This document shows positions 33,222 to 43,985 of a stretch of DNA of 64,000 nucleotides, piece by piece (positions within the stretch are counted from its first letter, which is position 1; each line of letters begins with the position of its first letter). The notes under the pieces are model-generated. The model was given only the letters and a program-made list of their open reading frames with translations, ran no database searches and was not told the DNA's origin. Source of the DNA: an uncultured Aliarcobacter sp. GTDB taxonomy: Bacteria > Campylobacterota > Campylobacteria > Campylobacterales > Arcobacteraceae. The stretch lies in NCBI GenBank assembly GCA_963664305.2, contig CAXXLV010000002.1, forward strand, positions 1,152,001-1,216,000. Direction: 5' to 3'. The position numbers and the translations under genes are program-made.

Positions 33222-34325
33222 CTAAACGTTAAATCTAAAATGCATAATATCACCATCTTGAACAACATAATCTTTACCTTCAAGTCTTAATTTACCTGAT
33301 TCTTTACATTTAGTTTCTCCACCTAATGCAACATAATCTTCATAAGAGATAACTTCTGCTTTAATGAAACCTTTTTCAAAATCATTGTGAATTACAGCTG
33401 CTGCTTGTGGTGCTTTTGTATTTTTTCTAATTGTCCAAGCTCTAACTTCCACTTTTCCAGCTGTGAAATAACTCATTAGACCTAATTTATCAAATGCTTT
33501 ATGAATAATTTGCTCTAATCCTGATTCTTGAACACCTAAATCAGATAAAAATTCTGTTGCTTCTTCATCTGAAAGACCAACTAATTCTTCTTCAATTTTT
33601 GCACAAAGCATAATAACATCAGCATTTACATTTGCTGCCTGTTCTTTTACTAAATCAACATATTTATTCCCACCATCTGCTAATGAATCTTCATCAACAT
33701 TTGCTCCATAAATAACATCTTTATTTGATAAAAATCTTAACTCTTTATCTAAAGCTTTAAATGCTTCATCTTCAAGTTTTTCAAAAGTTTTTACTGGTTG
33801 TAATTCACCAATGTGAGCATATAATTCTTCAGCAATTACTAATTGAGAAGCAGCTTCTTTAGATGCTTTTGCTTGTTTTTTAAGTCTGTCAATTTTTTTC
33901 TCTAATTGAGAAATATCAGCATAAATAAGTTCTGTTTCAATAATTTCAATATCTCTTAAAGGATTAACATCACCTTCAACGTGAGTAATATTTCCATCTT
34001 CAAAACATCTTACCATATGTAAAATAACTTCAACTTCTCTAATATTTGATAAAAATTGATTTCCTAAACCTTCACCTTTTGAAGCACCTCTTACAAGTCC
34101 TGCAATATCAACAAAATCGATAGTTGAATGTTGAATTTTATTTGGATTAACTATTTTTGCTAACTCATCAAGTCTTTTATCAGGTACTGGAACAATTGCT
34201 TTATTTGGCTCAATTGTACAAAATGGATAGTTTTGTGCCTCTGCATTTTGAGCTTTTGTTAAAGCATTAAAAGTTGTTGATTTACCTACGTTTGGAAGTC
34301 CTACTATTCCTACACCTAATCCCAT
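33222..34325 (-). CDS. ychF: Redox-regulated ATPase YchF
   Basis: GLPNVGKST, NYPFCTIEPN, DIAGLV, GEGLGNQFL, FRFNV. Confidence 0.97.
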   Translation of the reverse strand: MGLGVGIVGLPNVGKSTTFNALTKAQNAEAQNYPFCTIEPNKAIVPVPDKRLDELAKIVNPNKIQHSTIDFVDIAGLVRGASKGEGLGNQFLSNIREVEVILHMVRCFEDGNITHVEGDVNPLRDIEIIETELIYADISQLEKKIDRLKKQAKASKEAASQLVIAEELYAHIGELQPVKTFEKLEDEAFKALDKELRFLSNKDVIYGANVDEDSLADGGNKYVDLVKEQAANVNADVIMLCAKIEEELVGLSDEEATEFLSDLGVQESGLEQIIHKAFDKLGLMSYFTAGKVEVRAWTIRKNTKAPQAAAVIHNDFEKGFIKAEVISYEDYVALGGETKCKESGKLRLEGKDYVVQDGDIMHFRFNV

Positions 34326-34595
34326 TATATTCCTTTTGTCTTTTCTACAATATCCATCAAATCATTGTTTTCAAGGATTTCTTATGATTTTAGTATAAAA
34401 ATAATCTCAATATTTAGCAATATTTTTCAAATCACAAGGATTTTTAAAGACTAAAAAATGATTAATTTTAAAACTTTATCAAAAGAATTCCTGCCAATGA
34501 GGAAGGTATTTTTTATAGAAGTATTATAAACGATAATGGCAAAGAAGTAGATAAAACGTATATTATTAAATATGATGAAAAAATAGACTTTTTTA

Positions 34596-36434
34596 TTATG
34601 ACAAAAATTCTACTCTATTTCTCCCATTTTCTTTAGCTTTATATAGTGCTTTATCTGCCATATTAATTATTTGTATATGATTATTGTTTTCATCTGGGAT
34701 AATTGATGTAGTACCAAAACTTGCAGTTATATATCCAAACTCTGATAATTCATGGGGTAATTTTAAATCTAGAATTTTTTCTTTTAAAATGTTAGCTAAA
34801 TTTAAAATATTTTTTTTATCACAATCTGAAACAATTACAACAAACTCCTCTCCTCCATAACGAGCAACAAAATCACATTGACGATGTAAGTTTTCTCTTA
34901 TTGTATTTGCGAAAATGATAAGACAATTATCTCCAGCTTGATGTCCATAAAAATCATTATATTTTTTAAAATAATCAACATCAATAATCATTAATCCTAA
35001 ATATTCTTTTTTTCTCTTAGCTCTTGATACTTCTTGTACAATTATTTCATCAAAATATCTTCTATTTGCAATTGATGTTAATCCATCAGTATTTGAAAGT
35101 TTTTCTAATTTTTTGTTTAATTTTTGAAGTTCTTGTGTTCGTTTTGTCACTTCATTTTCTAGATTAACTGTATTATATTTAATATTATTTGCCATAAATT
35201 GTAAAGAATTAGATAAAGATTCTACTTCAGAAATTAAACTATCTTGATGTTTTGTTTCTTCCCATTTACCATGTCCTAATTTTGTTGCCCAAATACCAAG
35301 TTCTACAAGAGGTTTGGAAACCCAATTACTAATAAAAATACTTAAAATAAATCCTAATGTTAAAATAACTGCACTAAATAAAAAGATATTAATAAAAAGA
35401 TTACGTGAAGGTTCGTTAAATTGACTTCGAGGTAACATACTTGCAATTGTTATTGTTGGACCATCAGGTAACTTATATTGCCAAGAATCTAAAAGATAAT
35501 TATCTTTATTAGAAGTTTCTACAATTCTACTTTTAGAATTATTTTTATCATCTAAAATTATTTTTGTTGCGCTACTTATAAGTGGATTTGTACTCTCTAT
35601 AGCTTTTATACGAACTGTTTTATTTCCAATTAATTCATATTGTTTTTCTAAAGAAGAAGTTGCAAGTAAATATCCTTCTTCATCAAATAAAAAAGCTATT
35701 CCTCCATTATCTTTTGTGATATTTGCAAGAAGATTACTAAGTTGTACTAAAGAAACATCAGCAGTTAAAACTCCAATAAATTCTTTTGAATTATTATAAA
35801 GAGGTGTTGCCATACCAATACCCATTGCATTATATGAACCTTTTGGATCATCTATTGCATAACGATATGCATTATACCAAGAAGGTTTATTTGTACTAAC
35901 TGCTGCTTTAAACCATGGTCTTGTTCTTGCATCAAAATTAGGATTTCCTACAGACATTAGATTTGTTAGTTTATTATCTTCATCTACACGATATAAATAC
36001 ATTATTCTATTTTCTTTAATGGTTGATTGTAGTATTCTTAATGTTTTATCATCACCTAATGGTGGTCTACTTGCTGCAAAATATTCACCATTTGCTGTAC
36101 CAATAGATAAAAAAGTAAGTATAGGTTGCTGTTTTAATTGTAATAAAAAGTTTTTTTGTACTTCTTTTGGATGGTCTGCATCCAACATTCCAGCAGAAAA
36201 TTGTTCTTTGTTATAATTAACTACAAGACGAGATACTTCAAAAAATTGTAAAACTTTTTCATAAACTCTTGCACTAATTTCACTTGCTAATTGTTCTTGA
36301 AATTTTGTAGATGACTTTTCTGCTGTATAGTATAAAAACCAAGTTTCTATAGCAATTGTCGGGATTAAAATAAGTAAAAGGGAAATAAGTAACAGTTTTT
36401 TTAAATTTATTTGATATTTCATAAATTTATTCAT
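34596..36434 (-). CDS. Membrane diguanylate cyclase (Cache sensor, HAMP, GGDEF)
   Basis: Two TM, FDARTRPWF Cache motif, DVDYFK.YND, RQCD I-site, RYGGEEF. Confidence 0.92.
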   Translation of the reverse strand: MNKFMKYQINLKKLLLISLLLILIPTIAIETWFLYYTAEKSSTKFQEQLASEISARVYEKVLQFFEVSRLVVNYNKEQFSAGMLDADHPKEVQKNFLLQLKQQPILTFLSIGTANGEYFAASRPPLGDDKTLRILQSTIKENRIMYLYRVDEDNKLTNLMSVGNPNFDARTRPWFKAAVSTNKPSWYNAYRYAIDDPKGSYNAMGIGMATPLYNNSKEFIGVLTADVSLVQLSNLLANITKDNGGIAFLFDEEGYLLATSSLEKQYELIGNKTVRIKAIESTNPLISSATKIILDDKNNSKSRIVETSNKDNYLLDSWQYKLPDGPTITIASMLPRSQFNEPSRNLFINIFLFSAVILTLGFILSIFISNWVSKPLVELGIWATKLGHGKWEETKHQDSLISEVESLSNSLQFMANNIKYNTVNLENEVTKRTQELQKLNKKLEKLSNTDGLTSIANRRYFDEIIVQEVSRAKRKKEYLGLMIIDVDYFKKYNDFYGHQAGDNCLIIFANTIRENLHRQCDFVARYGGEEFVVIVSDCDKKNILNLANILKEKILDLKLPHELSEFGYITASFGTTSIIPDENNNHIQIINMADKALYKAKENGRNRVEFLS

Positions 36435-36477
36435 CAAATCCCTTTATAAAAATTTTATAAGATATTATTACAAATCT

Positions 36478-36496
36478 GTGACGGATTCGTGACGGA
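36478..36496. promoter_or_regulatory. Direct repeat with 11 bp period, candidate OmpR/PhoB-family binding site
   Basis: GTGACGGA-TTC-GTGACGGA in AT-rich divergent intergenic region. Confidence 0.6.
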
Positions 36497-36554
36497 AAAT
36501 AATTATCAAAGTTTAGCTAAAATATTTACTTTAATAAAATAAAAAGGATAAATT

Positions 36555-38309
36555 ATCAAAGTTTTATTCCTAATTCTATTTATATTTTCAACTTTATTTT
36601 CTTCTACATTTGAGATTGAAAGTGAAAATATTTATAATAAATTTCAAATACATTATTTAAAAGATGAAACTTCAAAACTAACTATTGAAGATATAAAAAA
36701 ACAAGAATTTCTCCAAACAACAAAAAATAATTTTAATTTAGGCTATGAAAAAGGAACCATTTGGTTTAAATTTAATGTAAAAAATATCAGTGAAATTGAA
36801 GATTTTATTTTAACACTAAATGAAACTTTTTACGAAACTGCAAATTTGTATTATGAAAAAAATGGAGAAATAAAAAAACTTTCCAATTCTTTATTTACTT
36901 TAATAAATCAAAGAGAAGTGAAGTCAAACCAAATAGCTTTTAATATAAATCTACCAAAAAATGAAGAAAAAACAGTTTATTTAGAACTTCATGGGAAATA
37001 TGCCTACTTTGGAAAAGTAGAGATTTTTGATAAAGACTATTTTTATTCTAAACAACCTATGGGAATAAATGCAATTTTTACTTTTTCTTTAGGAATTATC
37101 TTTATATTGATTTTTTTTACTCTCTTTTTATATTCAAAAAGCAAAGAAAAAATTTATCTTTATTATTTAGGATATAGCTTCTTTTTATTTATCTATTTTT
37201 CAAATATAAATGGCTTACTTGTTTTTTTAAATCTACAAAAATATATTTATGATTTACAACTAAGTGCTGCATTTATGGTTGGATTTTTAACTTTGTTTTC
37301 AAAAGAGTATTTGCAAACAAAAAAATATATGAAAAAAACAGATAAACTTTTAACATTTTTATCAATACCATTCTTTATTTTAGGGCTTTTAGTAGTTTTT
37401 TCTTATCAACCTTGGAATAAATTTATAAATAATTTTTCAGGGATTATTTGTATTATCCTAATCATTCTTTCAATTATGATTTATTTTAAAGGTCATAATC
37501 AAACAAAATTTTATATTTTAGCAATAGTTACATATTTTACATTTGTTGTATTGTTTACATTTATGGTAAATGGAACTTTAGAATACACTTTCATTACAAG
37601 ATATGGTTATGTTTTTGGGGTAATCGCTGAAATGATTATTTTTTCTTACTTACTTGCTAACAGATATCATTTGATGCAAGAAAATGTTCAAATTTATCTT
37701 GAAGAAGAAGTTAAAACTAGAACAAATGAATTAAATCTAATGGTAAATGAAAGAGAACTTTTATTAAGAGAAATTTATCATAGAGTAAAAAATAACTTTC
37801 ATATGATTATTGGAATGTTGCATTTAGAAAATTCAAAAAAAAGTATTGATTTTTTAGGACTTATAAATAGAGTAAAATCAATGTCATTGATTCATGAATA
37901 TTTATATAGCAATAAAAATTTATCAAATATTGAAATTGAAAATTATTTAGAAAAATTAATAAATAATCTAAAAATTAGTTATCCAAAAATAAATATTAGA
38001 TTCAAAAGTGAAAACATTCCTTTAAATTTTGATAATGCTTTGTCTTTAGGAATTATTATAAATGAAATTCTTACAAACTCAATAAAACACAATGATAAAA
38101 AAGATTTGTTTTTAGAAATCGAACTACAAAAAGAGAATTTAAAAAATATATATGTTTGTATAAAAGATAATGGAAAAGGTTTTGAAGATATAAAATATAA
38201 AGGTTTAGGATTAAAACTTGTAGAACAATTTTGTAAAAAACTTCAAAATGGGAAATATGAATTTTCTTTTGAAAACGGAGTTAAATTTGAATTACGATTT
38301 AGTATATAA
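36555..38309 (+). CDS. 7TM-DISM sensor histidine kinase (HisKA_2 type), apparent non-AUG start
   Basis: Frame is open from 36552, upstream of the tracked TTG at 36846, encoding a signal peptide and DISMED2-like domain; REIYHRVKNN, NEILTNSIKH, DNGKGF. Confidence 0.85.
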   Translation: MKVLFLILFIFSTLFSSTFEIESENIYNKFQIHYLKDETSKLTIEDIKKQEFLQTTKNNFNLGYEKGTIWFKFNVKNISEIEDFILTLNETFYETANLYYEKNGEIKKLSNSLFTLINQREVKSNQIAFNINLPKNEEKTVYLELHGKYAYFGKVEIFDKDYFYSKQPMGINAIFTFSLGIIFILIFFTLFLYSKSKEKIYLYYLGYSFFLFIYFSNINGLLVFLNLQKYIYDLQLSAAFMVGFLTLFSKEYLQTKKYMKKTDKLLTFLSIPFFILGLLVVFSYQPWNKFINNFSGIICIILIILSIMIYFKGHNQTKFYILAIVTYFTFVVLFTFMVNGTLEYTFITRYGYVFGVIAEMIIFSYLLANRYHLMQENVQIYLEEEVKTRTNELNLMVNERELLLREIYHRVKNNFHMIIGMLHLENSKKSIDFLGLINRVKSMSLIHEYLYSNKNLSNIEIENYLEKLINNLKISYPKINIRFKSENIPLNFDNALSLGIIINEILTNSIKHNDKKDLFLEIELQKENLKNIYVCIKDNGKGFEDIKYKGLGLKLVEQFCKKLQNGKYEFSFENGVKFELRFSI

Positions 38310-38320
38310 AGGTTATTTGT

Positions 38321-39016
38321 ATGAAAAAAAATGAATTAAATATTTTGATTGTTGAAGATGAAATTATTGCAAGTCAGTATTTATTAAATATTCTAGAATC
38401 ATTAGGCTTTATAAATATTTTTGAAGCTTCATGTTTTGAGGAAGCTTTAGAAATTGTAAAATCAAATAAAATACATTTATCTTTTATGGATATAAATATA
38501 AATGGCTCAATTGATGGAATTAACAGTTCAAGACTTTTAAATAAAGAGTATTTTTTACCTATTATTTTTACAACTGCTTATGGAGATTCACAAACTATAA
38601 ATGAAGCAACAGATACAAATATATTTGCTTATTTAATAAAACCTTTTGAAAAAAATCAAGTTGAATCTTCTTTATTGATTACTCTTAAAAGAATAAATAT
38701 CTCTTTTGATAAAATAATTGTTTCTAACAATGATATTTTAGAATTAGGAGTTAATCAAAGATATAATTTACAAAATCAAACATTTTATATCAATAATAAA
38801 GTAGTAAATTTAACTAAAAAAGAGAATGATATTTTATATATTTTATGTAAAAATCTAAATCAAAATATCTCTTATGAATGTTTATTGGAATATGTTTGGG
38901 GAGATAAAAATATTTCAAATTCCACTATAAGAGATACTATTTCAAGATTGAAAAGAAAAGTTCCTACTTTAAATATAGAAACAATAATCAATTTTGGATA
39001 TATTATAAAAGCATAA
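38321..39016 (+). CDS. Response regulator (receiver plus winged-helix DNA-binding domain)
   Basis: ILIVEDE, MDIN, YLIKPF, LTKKE, IRDTISRLKRK. Confidence 0.92.
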   Translation: MKKNELNILIVEDEIIASQYLLNILESLGFINIFEASCFEEALEIVKSNKIHLSFMDININGSIDGINSSRLLNKEYFLPIIFTTAYGDSQTINEATDTNIFAYLIKPFEKNQVESSLLITLKRINISFDKIIVSNNDILELGVNQRYNLQNQTFYINNKVVNLTKKENDILYILCKNLNQNISYECLLEYVWGDKNISNSTIRDTISRLKRKVPTLNIETIINFGYIIKA

Positions 39017-39062
39017 CTAATTAAATAAATGATTGATTTACACTAATTCATAGTTAAATGCT

Positions 39063-40532
39063 CTAAATTTTTTTCAATTTTGTATTTATATCTTTAGCTT
39101 TTACTTCATCTTTTCCTATAAACTCTTTTGCATTTGCATTACTTACAACTAGTTTTGCTATATCATCTGTTAATACTGCAATATCATGTGTTTGTGATGC
39201 TATCATTGCATTTTGTTGTGTTTGTTGGTCTAAACTATTTACTGCATCATTGATTTGTTCAATTCCAGAAAGTTGTTCTTTACTTGACATTTGTATATCT
39301 TGAATTAAATTTATTGTATTTGTTATATTTTGATTTAACTCTTTATATCCATCAATCATATGGTTTGCTATCTCTTTTCCATCATTTGCTTTTTTAGTTG
39401 CATTTTCTACTATGGTTTTTATCTCTTTAGCAGCTTCTGCTGATCTTGACGCTAGATTTCTTACTTCTTGAGCAACAACTGCAAATCCTTTTCCAGCTTC
39501 ACCAGCAGTTGCAGCTTCAACTGCTGCATTTAAAGATAATATATTTGTCTGGAATGCAATTTGATCAATTACTGTAATTGCTTCATTAATAGAATTAACT
39601 TGAATATTTATCTCTTCCATTGCAATAGTTGTTTGATTTGCTAGTTTTTCACCATCATGTGCTGATTTTGTTACACTATTTGAATAACTCGCCATTTTCT
39701 GAATATTTTCTGTATTATTTCTAATATTTGAAGTAATTTGTTCTAATGCTGCTGCTGTTTCTTCTAAAGAAGCTGCCGCTTCATTCGAACTAATATTTAA
39801 TTTATCAACATTTGCTAAAAGAATATTTGAGCTTTTATCTAATGTTAATCCATTTGATTTATTCTCTACAAGCATTTCATTTACAACATTTGCAAGATTG
39901 TTTAAACCAACTGCTACTTCACCTAAGTCATTTCCACTTATTCTATGAGTAAAATCTAATTTTTGATAAGATAATAAAGCATCAGATATTTTATTTAAGT
40001 TACCATCCACTTTATTAGATACTATTTCAAATAATTCATTTACACCATTTTTAAGTTCTTCAATTCCTTGATTATGAGTTGTTTCAGTTATAGTTTGTTT
40101 TAATGCACCAGATTTTGCTAAATCAATTGCTTTTTTTACAGCATCGATTACTTTTTTTGAATCTGTTATATCTTGAGCAAATTTAACTACACGAGTTACT
40201 ATTCCATTTTTGTTTTTTACAGGAGTATATGAAGCTTGAATCCAAATAGAACTACCATCTTTTCTAAATCTCTCAAATTCATCTATTTGAGATATTCCTT
40301 TCGATAAATTACTCCAAAAATCACTATAGTCTTTAGTAGTTATATATTTTTTATCACAAAACATTTTATGATGATTACCCACAACTTCATTTAATTTATA
40401 ACCTAAAGCATTTAAAAAATTATCATTTGCATGTAGTATTGTGCCATCTGGTTTAAATGAAATAATCGCAAAGTTTTGTTCCATCGCATTTAATCTTCCT
40501 GCTTCTTCTTCTGTTTTTGTAAAATTAAACAT
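39063..40532 (-). CDS. Soluble PAS-domain chemoreceptor (Aer/BdlA-like)
   Basis: ANDNFL..LGY...[21 protein letters not shown] signalling domain; no TM. Confidence 0.92.
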   Translation of the reverse strand: MFNFTKTEEEAGRLNAMEQNFAIISFKPDGTILHANDNFLNALGYKLNEVVGNHHKMFCDKKYITTKDYSDFWSNLSKGISQIDEFERFRKDGSSIWIQASYTPVKNKNGIVTRVVKFAQDITDSKKVIDAVKKAIDLAKSGALKQTITETTHNQGIEELKNGVNELFEIVSNKVDGNLNKISDALLSYQKLDFTHRISGNDLGEVAVGLNNLANVVNEMLVENKSNGLTLDKSSNILLANVDKLNISSNEAAASLEETAAALEQITSNIRNNTENIQKMASYSNSVTKSAHDGEKLANQTTIAMEEINIQVNSINEAITVIDQIAFQTNILSLNAAVEAATAGEAGKGFAVVAQEVRNLASRSAEAAKEIKTIVENATKKANDGKEIANHMIDGYKELNQNITNTINLIQDIQMSSKEQLSGIEQINDAVNSLDQQTQQNAMIASQTHDIAVLTDDIAKLVVSNANAKEFIGKDEVKAKDINTKLKKI

Positions 40533-40879
40533 TATTCATTCCCTTTTTTATAATAATTTTTTTAAATGTATTTAAATACTTTATATTCTTTTATTTGCCT
40601 TTTTCTAATATTTATCATTTTTAATAAATATTTTTATTATTATTTAATTAATTCTATATACTTAAAAATTTTTACATAAGGAAAATAAAAGAAAATAACA
40701 ATCTATTAATCTTATTTATTTAAGATTAACCATTCATTTTATTATATAAAAAAATAAAAAACATTGATTTCCATCAAGAAATAATTTGATTTTTATATTT
40801 AATCTAATTTTATATTAAAATTATTTTACATTATTAAGTTAAATTCTTAATATTTAAGTATGCTATTGTGAGATAAGAT

Positions 40880-40904
40880 AAAGAGTAGTTTAAAACTACT
40901 CTTT
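40880..40904 (-). terminator. Hairpin overlapping end of the PepSY gene
   Basis: AAAGAGTAGTTT-A-AAACTACTCTTT. Confidence 0.5.
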
Positions 40905-42071
40905 TGTTATTTTAGCTTTTTTCTTTTTATGTCTATTTATAAATAACATAAATCCAGTTATTACAAATAATGCCATTAATGATGATGCTAAAAACATACC
41001 AATTTGCCCAGCAAGTCCAAAATATTCTCCTGTATGTAAAGGTAAAATACTTCTCATCAACTGTTCATTTAATGGTTTTTCATCAAATCTTTCATGTTTA
41101 ACTAATTGTGAAGAATTTATATCTAATTCTAAACTATTTGATTCTCTAAAATGATTAGATTGCTCATCTAAATATGAAAAACTATAAATAGTTCCTTTTT
41201 GAGGTAATTTAACTGTAAAACTGTAATATTCTCTTTGAATAAGCATATTAAACATATTTACTGCTTTTTGTAAATCATCAAATTTTGCAGATGGATTTTC
41301 TTCTCTTTGTGGTTCTTTTTGACCAAATTGTCCTTCAGGTTTTTGTCTTTGTTGCATTTGAGGAGCTTGTTGTCTTTGAGGTTTTTCTACACCTGCTATT
41401 TTATAAAGCATTGTGTTATACCATTGATAAGACCAGAAAAGTCCAGTTAAAGTTACTAATAAGTAAAAAGGAATTACCCACATTCCAACTGCACTATGCA
41501 TTGTTGATAAAAAAGCTCTTCCTTTATGTTTAAACTTAAATGTAAAACTTTTGAAAAATGAATGTTTAATTCTTCCCCAATAAATTATAATACCACTTAT
41601 AACAAGAGTAATTAAAGCAATAGTAGAAATTGCAACTATTTGTTTTCCAACTTCACCCATCATCAATCTTCTATGTAAATCTAATATTAAAGAAAAAAAT
41701 GCTTTTCCTTTTACTTCTGGTAAAACCTCAGCAGTATAAGGATTAAGATAAATATTTACACCTCTTTTAGCTTCTCTTCCCTCTCCACTTCCAGCTATAT
41801 TTATAACTGTTGATTCTTCTTTATTTGTTGAAATTGAAATACTATTTATTTTCGCTTTTGGATTAATTGTTTGGTATCTTTCTAATAACTCTTTTGGAGT
41901 TAGTTTTTCTTGATTTGAAGGAATACTTACATAAAAACTATCTTGATTGAATAGCCTTGTTAATTCTTTTTCAAATGATAATGTAGCCCCTGTTAGTCCA
42001 ACTATAAAAAGAACTATCCCTGCTGATATTCCTAAAATCCAATGTATTTTAAACCATATTGTTTTGTGCAA
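40896..42071 (-). CDS. PepSY-associated TM helix protein (PiuB-like ferric-siderophore reductase family)
   Basis: IHWILG, NPYTAEVL, LHRRL, MHSAVG, LHTGEYFG conserved His helices. Confidence 0.88.
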   Translation of the reverse strand: MHKTIWFKIHWILGISAGIVLFIVGLTGATLSFEKELTRLFNQDSFYVSIPSNQEKLTPKELLERYQTINPKAKINSISISTNKEESTVINIAGSGEGREAKRGVNIYLNPYTAEVLPEVKGKAFFSLILDLHRRLMMGEVGKQIVAISTIALITLVISGIIIYWGRIKHSFFKSFTFKFKHKGRAFLSTMHSAVGMWVIPFYLLVTLTGLFWSYQWYNTMLYKIAGVEKPQRQQAPQMQQRQKPEGQFGQKEPQREENPSAKFDDLQKAVNMFNMLIQREYYSFTVKLPQKGTIYSFSYLDEQSNHFRESNSLELDINSSQLVKHERFDEKPLNEQLMRSILPLHTGEYFGLAGQIGMFLASSLMALFVITGFMLFINRHKKKKAKITKE

Positions 42072-42132
42072 TTTTTCTCCTTTTTAATTTGTGAAAATAT
42101 AACAAATTAATTTTAATGATTTTTTAACAAAT

Positions 42133-42147
42133 TGATAATAATTATTA
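42133..42147. promoter_or_regulatory. Fur-box-like site
   Basis: TGATAAT-A-ATTATTA. Confidence 0.6.
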
Positions 42148-43227
42148 AAATTTATAATTTATATTTAATTTTTTTACACTTTTTATATCTTTACAACCTG
42201 TAAAAATCATAGAAACTTCTAACTCTTCTTTTAATATTTTAAGTGTATGAGCAACCCCTAAAGCGCCTGCAGTTGCTAAACCATACATTATTGGACGACC
42301 AATCATCACAGCATCTGCACCAAGTGCAATAGCTTTTATAATATCTGTTCCTCTTTTTATTCCACCATCAAATAAAATTGGAATTTTCTTATCAACAGCT
42401 TTTGCAATTTTTGGCAAAATTTCTATACTTGGGGGAAGTGTATCTAAAGTTCTTCCCCCATGATTTGAAACAATAATTCCATCAAGTCCTAGTTCCATTG
42501 CTTTTTTTGCATAAGAAGTGTTTGTTATTCCTTTTAAAATAACTGGAAGTTTTGTATTATTTTTGATAAATTCTATATCTTTCCAAGTAGGAAGTATTTT
42601 TGCCATTTCTAAAATGTTTTCAAAATTATTTGTCGTTTGGATTGGATTATTTATGTTTACTGCACTTATATTTTCAGGTAAAGAAAAGCCATATCTTTGT
42701 TCTACATTTCTAATTCCTGAGATTGGTGCATCAATAGTTATGACTAATGCTTTAAAACCTAAGATTTCAACCTTTTGTATTAGTTCTAAATTTGTTTTCA
42801 TATCGGGTTGAATGTATAATTGAAACCAAAGAGGTGAGTTTGTAGATTTTGAAATATCTTCTAAAGTACAACTTGAAAAAGAGCTAACACACATACAAGT
42901 ATTTGTAACATCGGAAGCTTGAGCAGTTGCTATTTCGCCATTTATATCAACTAATTTTTGATAAGCAACTGGTGCTAAGATTATTGGAAAGTCATAAGTT
43001 TGCCCAAAAAGTTCTATTTTTGTATTTGCTTCACTTAAATCTTCTAAGGTATTTGTCTCTAAATATATTTTTTGAAAAGCCTCTTCATTTCTTTTAAAGC
43101 TTATTTCATCCCCTGCTCCACTACAAACATAAGCTAAAGAGTTGATACTCATTCGCTCTTTTGCATATCTTTCATAATCTTTTAGAGAGACTAAATCATT
43201 TGGAATAAAAGTTAATTTTTCTTTCAA
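42145..43227 (-). CDS. FMN-dependent alpha-hydroxy acid oxidase/dehydrogenase
   Basis: WFQLY, ITIDAP..G.R, LKGI, SNHGGR, DGGIKRGTD. Confidence 0.92.
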   Translation of the reverse strand: MKEKLTFIPNDLVSLKDYERYAKERMSINSLAYVCSGAGDEISFKRNEEAFQKIYLETNTLEDLSEANTKIELFGQTYDFPIILAPVAYQKLVDINGEIATAQASDVTNTCMCVSSFSSCTLEDISKSTNSPLWFQLYIQPDMKTNLELIQKVEILGFKALVITIDAPISGIRNVEQRYGFSLPENISAVNINNPIQTTNNFENILEMAKILPTWKDIEFIKNNTKLPVILKGITNTSYAKKAMELGLDGIIVSNHGGRTLDTLPPSIEILPKIAKAVDKKIPILFDGGIKRGTDIIKAIALGADAVMIGRPIMYGLATAGALGVAHTLKILKEELEVSMIFTGCKDIKSVKKLNINYKF

Positions 43228-43904
43228 AGTTCAGCCCATTCTTGAAGAAGTTTATGATAATGAATTGATAAATTTACAGCTTCACTTGTTTCCCCATATT
43301 TTGCTCTTAAACTTTGAATAGTATTATCAAGTTCAAATAGCATACTTCTTTTCCAAGCACTTCTAATCATACTTTGAATCCACATAAAACTAACCATTCT
43401 AGCTCCACTTGTAACTGGTTCAACTCTATGTAATGAAGTAGATGGATAAAGAATCATATCTCCTGCAGGAAGTTTTACTTCATGTGTTCCAAAAGTATCT
43501 TCTATGACCATTTCACCACCTTCATATTCATCGGGTTCTGTAAAAAATAGTGAACATGAAATATCTGTACGATAATTTTTTTTCATTTTTTTATCAAACA
43601 TTATTGAGTTATCAACATGATTTCCATAGTTTCCACCATTTTCATATCTGTTAAAAAATGGTGAAATAATATGATTTGGTAAAGCTGCACTTATAAATAA
43701 AGGATTGCAACTCAAAGCATTTGTAATAACTTCTCTTAAATATGCTGTTAATTCATCATTTTCAGATAATTGAAAATTATTTTTTACATTAACAGCTTGA
43801 GTTCCAGCAGTTAATTTTCCATCTATCCAGTTTGCATTATCCAATAATCTTCTACACTCTATTAACTGCTCTTTAGTTAAAACATTTGGAATATGTAAAA
43901 TCAT
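43224..43904 (-). CDS. PKHD-type Fe(II)/2-oxoglutarate dioxygenase (PiuC/YbiX family)
   Basis: FNRY, HVDN, RTDIS, YEGGE, YPSTSLHRVEPV. Confidence 0.92.
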   Translation of the reverse strand: MILHIPNVLTKEQLIECRRLLDNANWIDGKLTAGTQAVNVKNNFQLSENDELTAYLREVITNALSCNPLFISAALPNHIISPFFNRYENGGNYGNHVDNSIMFDKKMKKNYRTDISCSLFFTEPDEYEGGEMVIEDTFGTHEVKLPAGDMILYPSTSLHRVEPVTSGARMVSFMWIQSMIRSAWKRSMLFELDNTIQSLRAKYGETSEAVNLSIHYHKLLQEWAEL

Positions 43905-43958
43905 TTTTTTTCCTTTTATTACTTTATAAATAAAACAAAAATTTCATCTATAAAATAA

Positions 43959-43984
43959 TAATTCAATCCCGAAGGATTGAATTA
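43959..43984 (-). terminator. Intercistronic hairpin after receptor gene
   Basis: 11 bp stem with C(UUCG)G loop on the minus-strand transcript. Confidence 0.65.
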
Positions 43985-43985
43985 A

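Noticed and set aside
40533..40879. Long, extremely AT-rich intergenic region
   Set aside because: No convincing ORF, repeat array or stable structure found by eye
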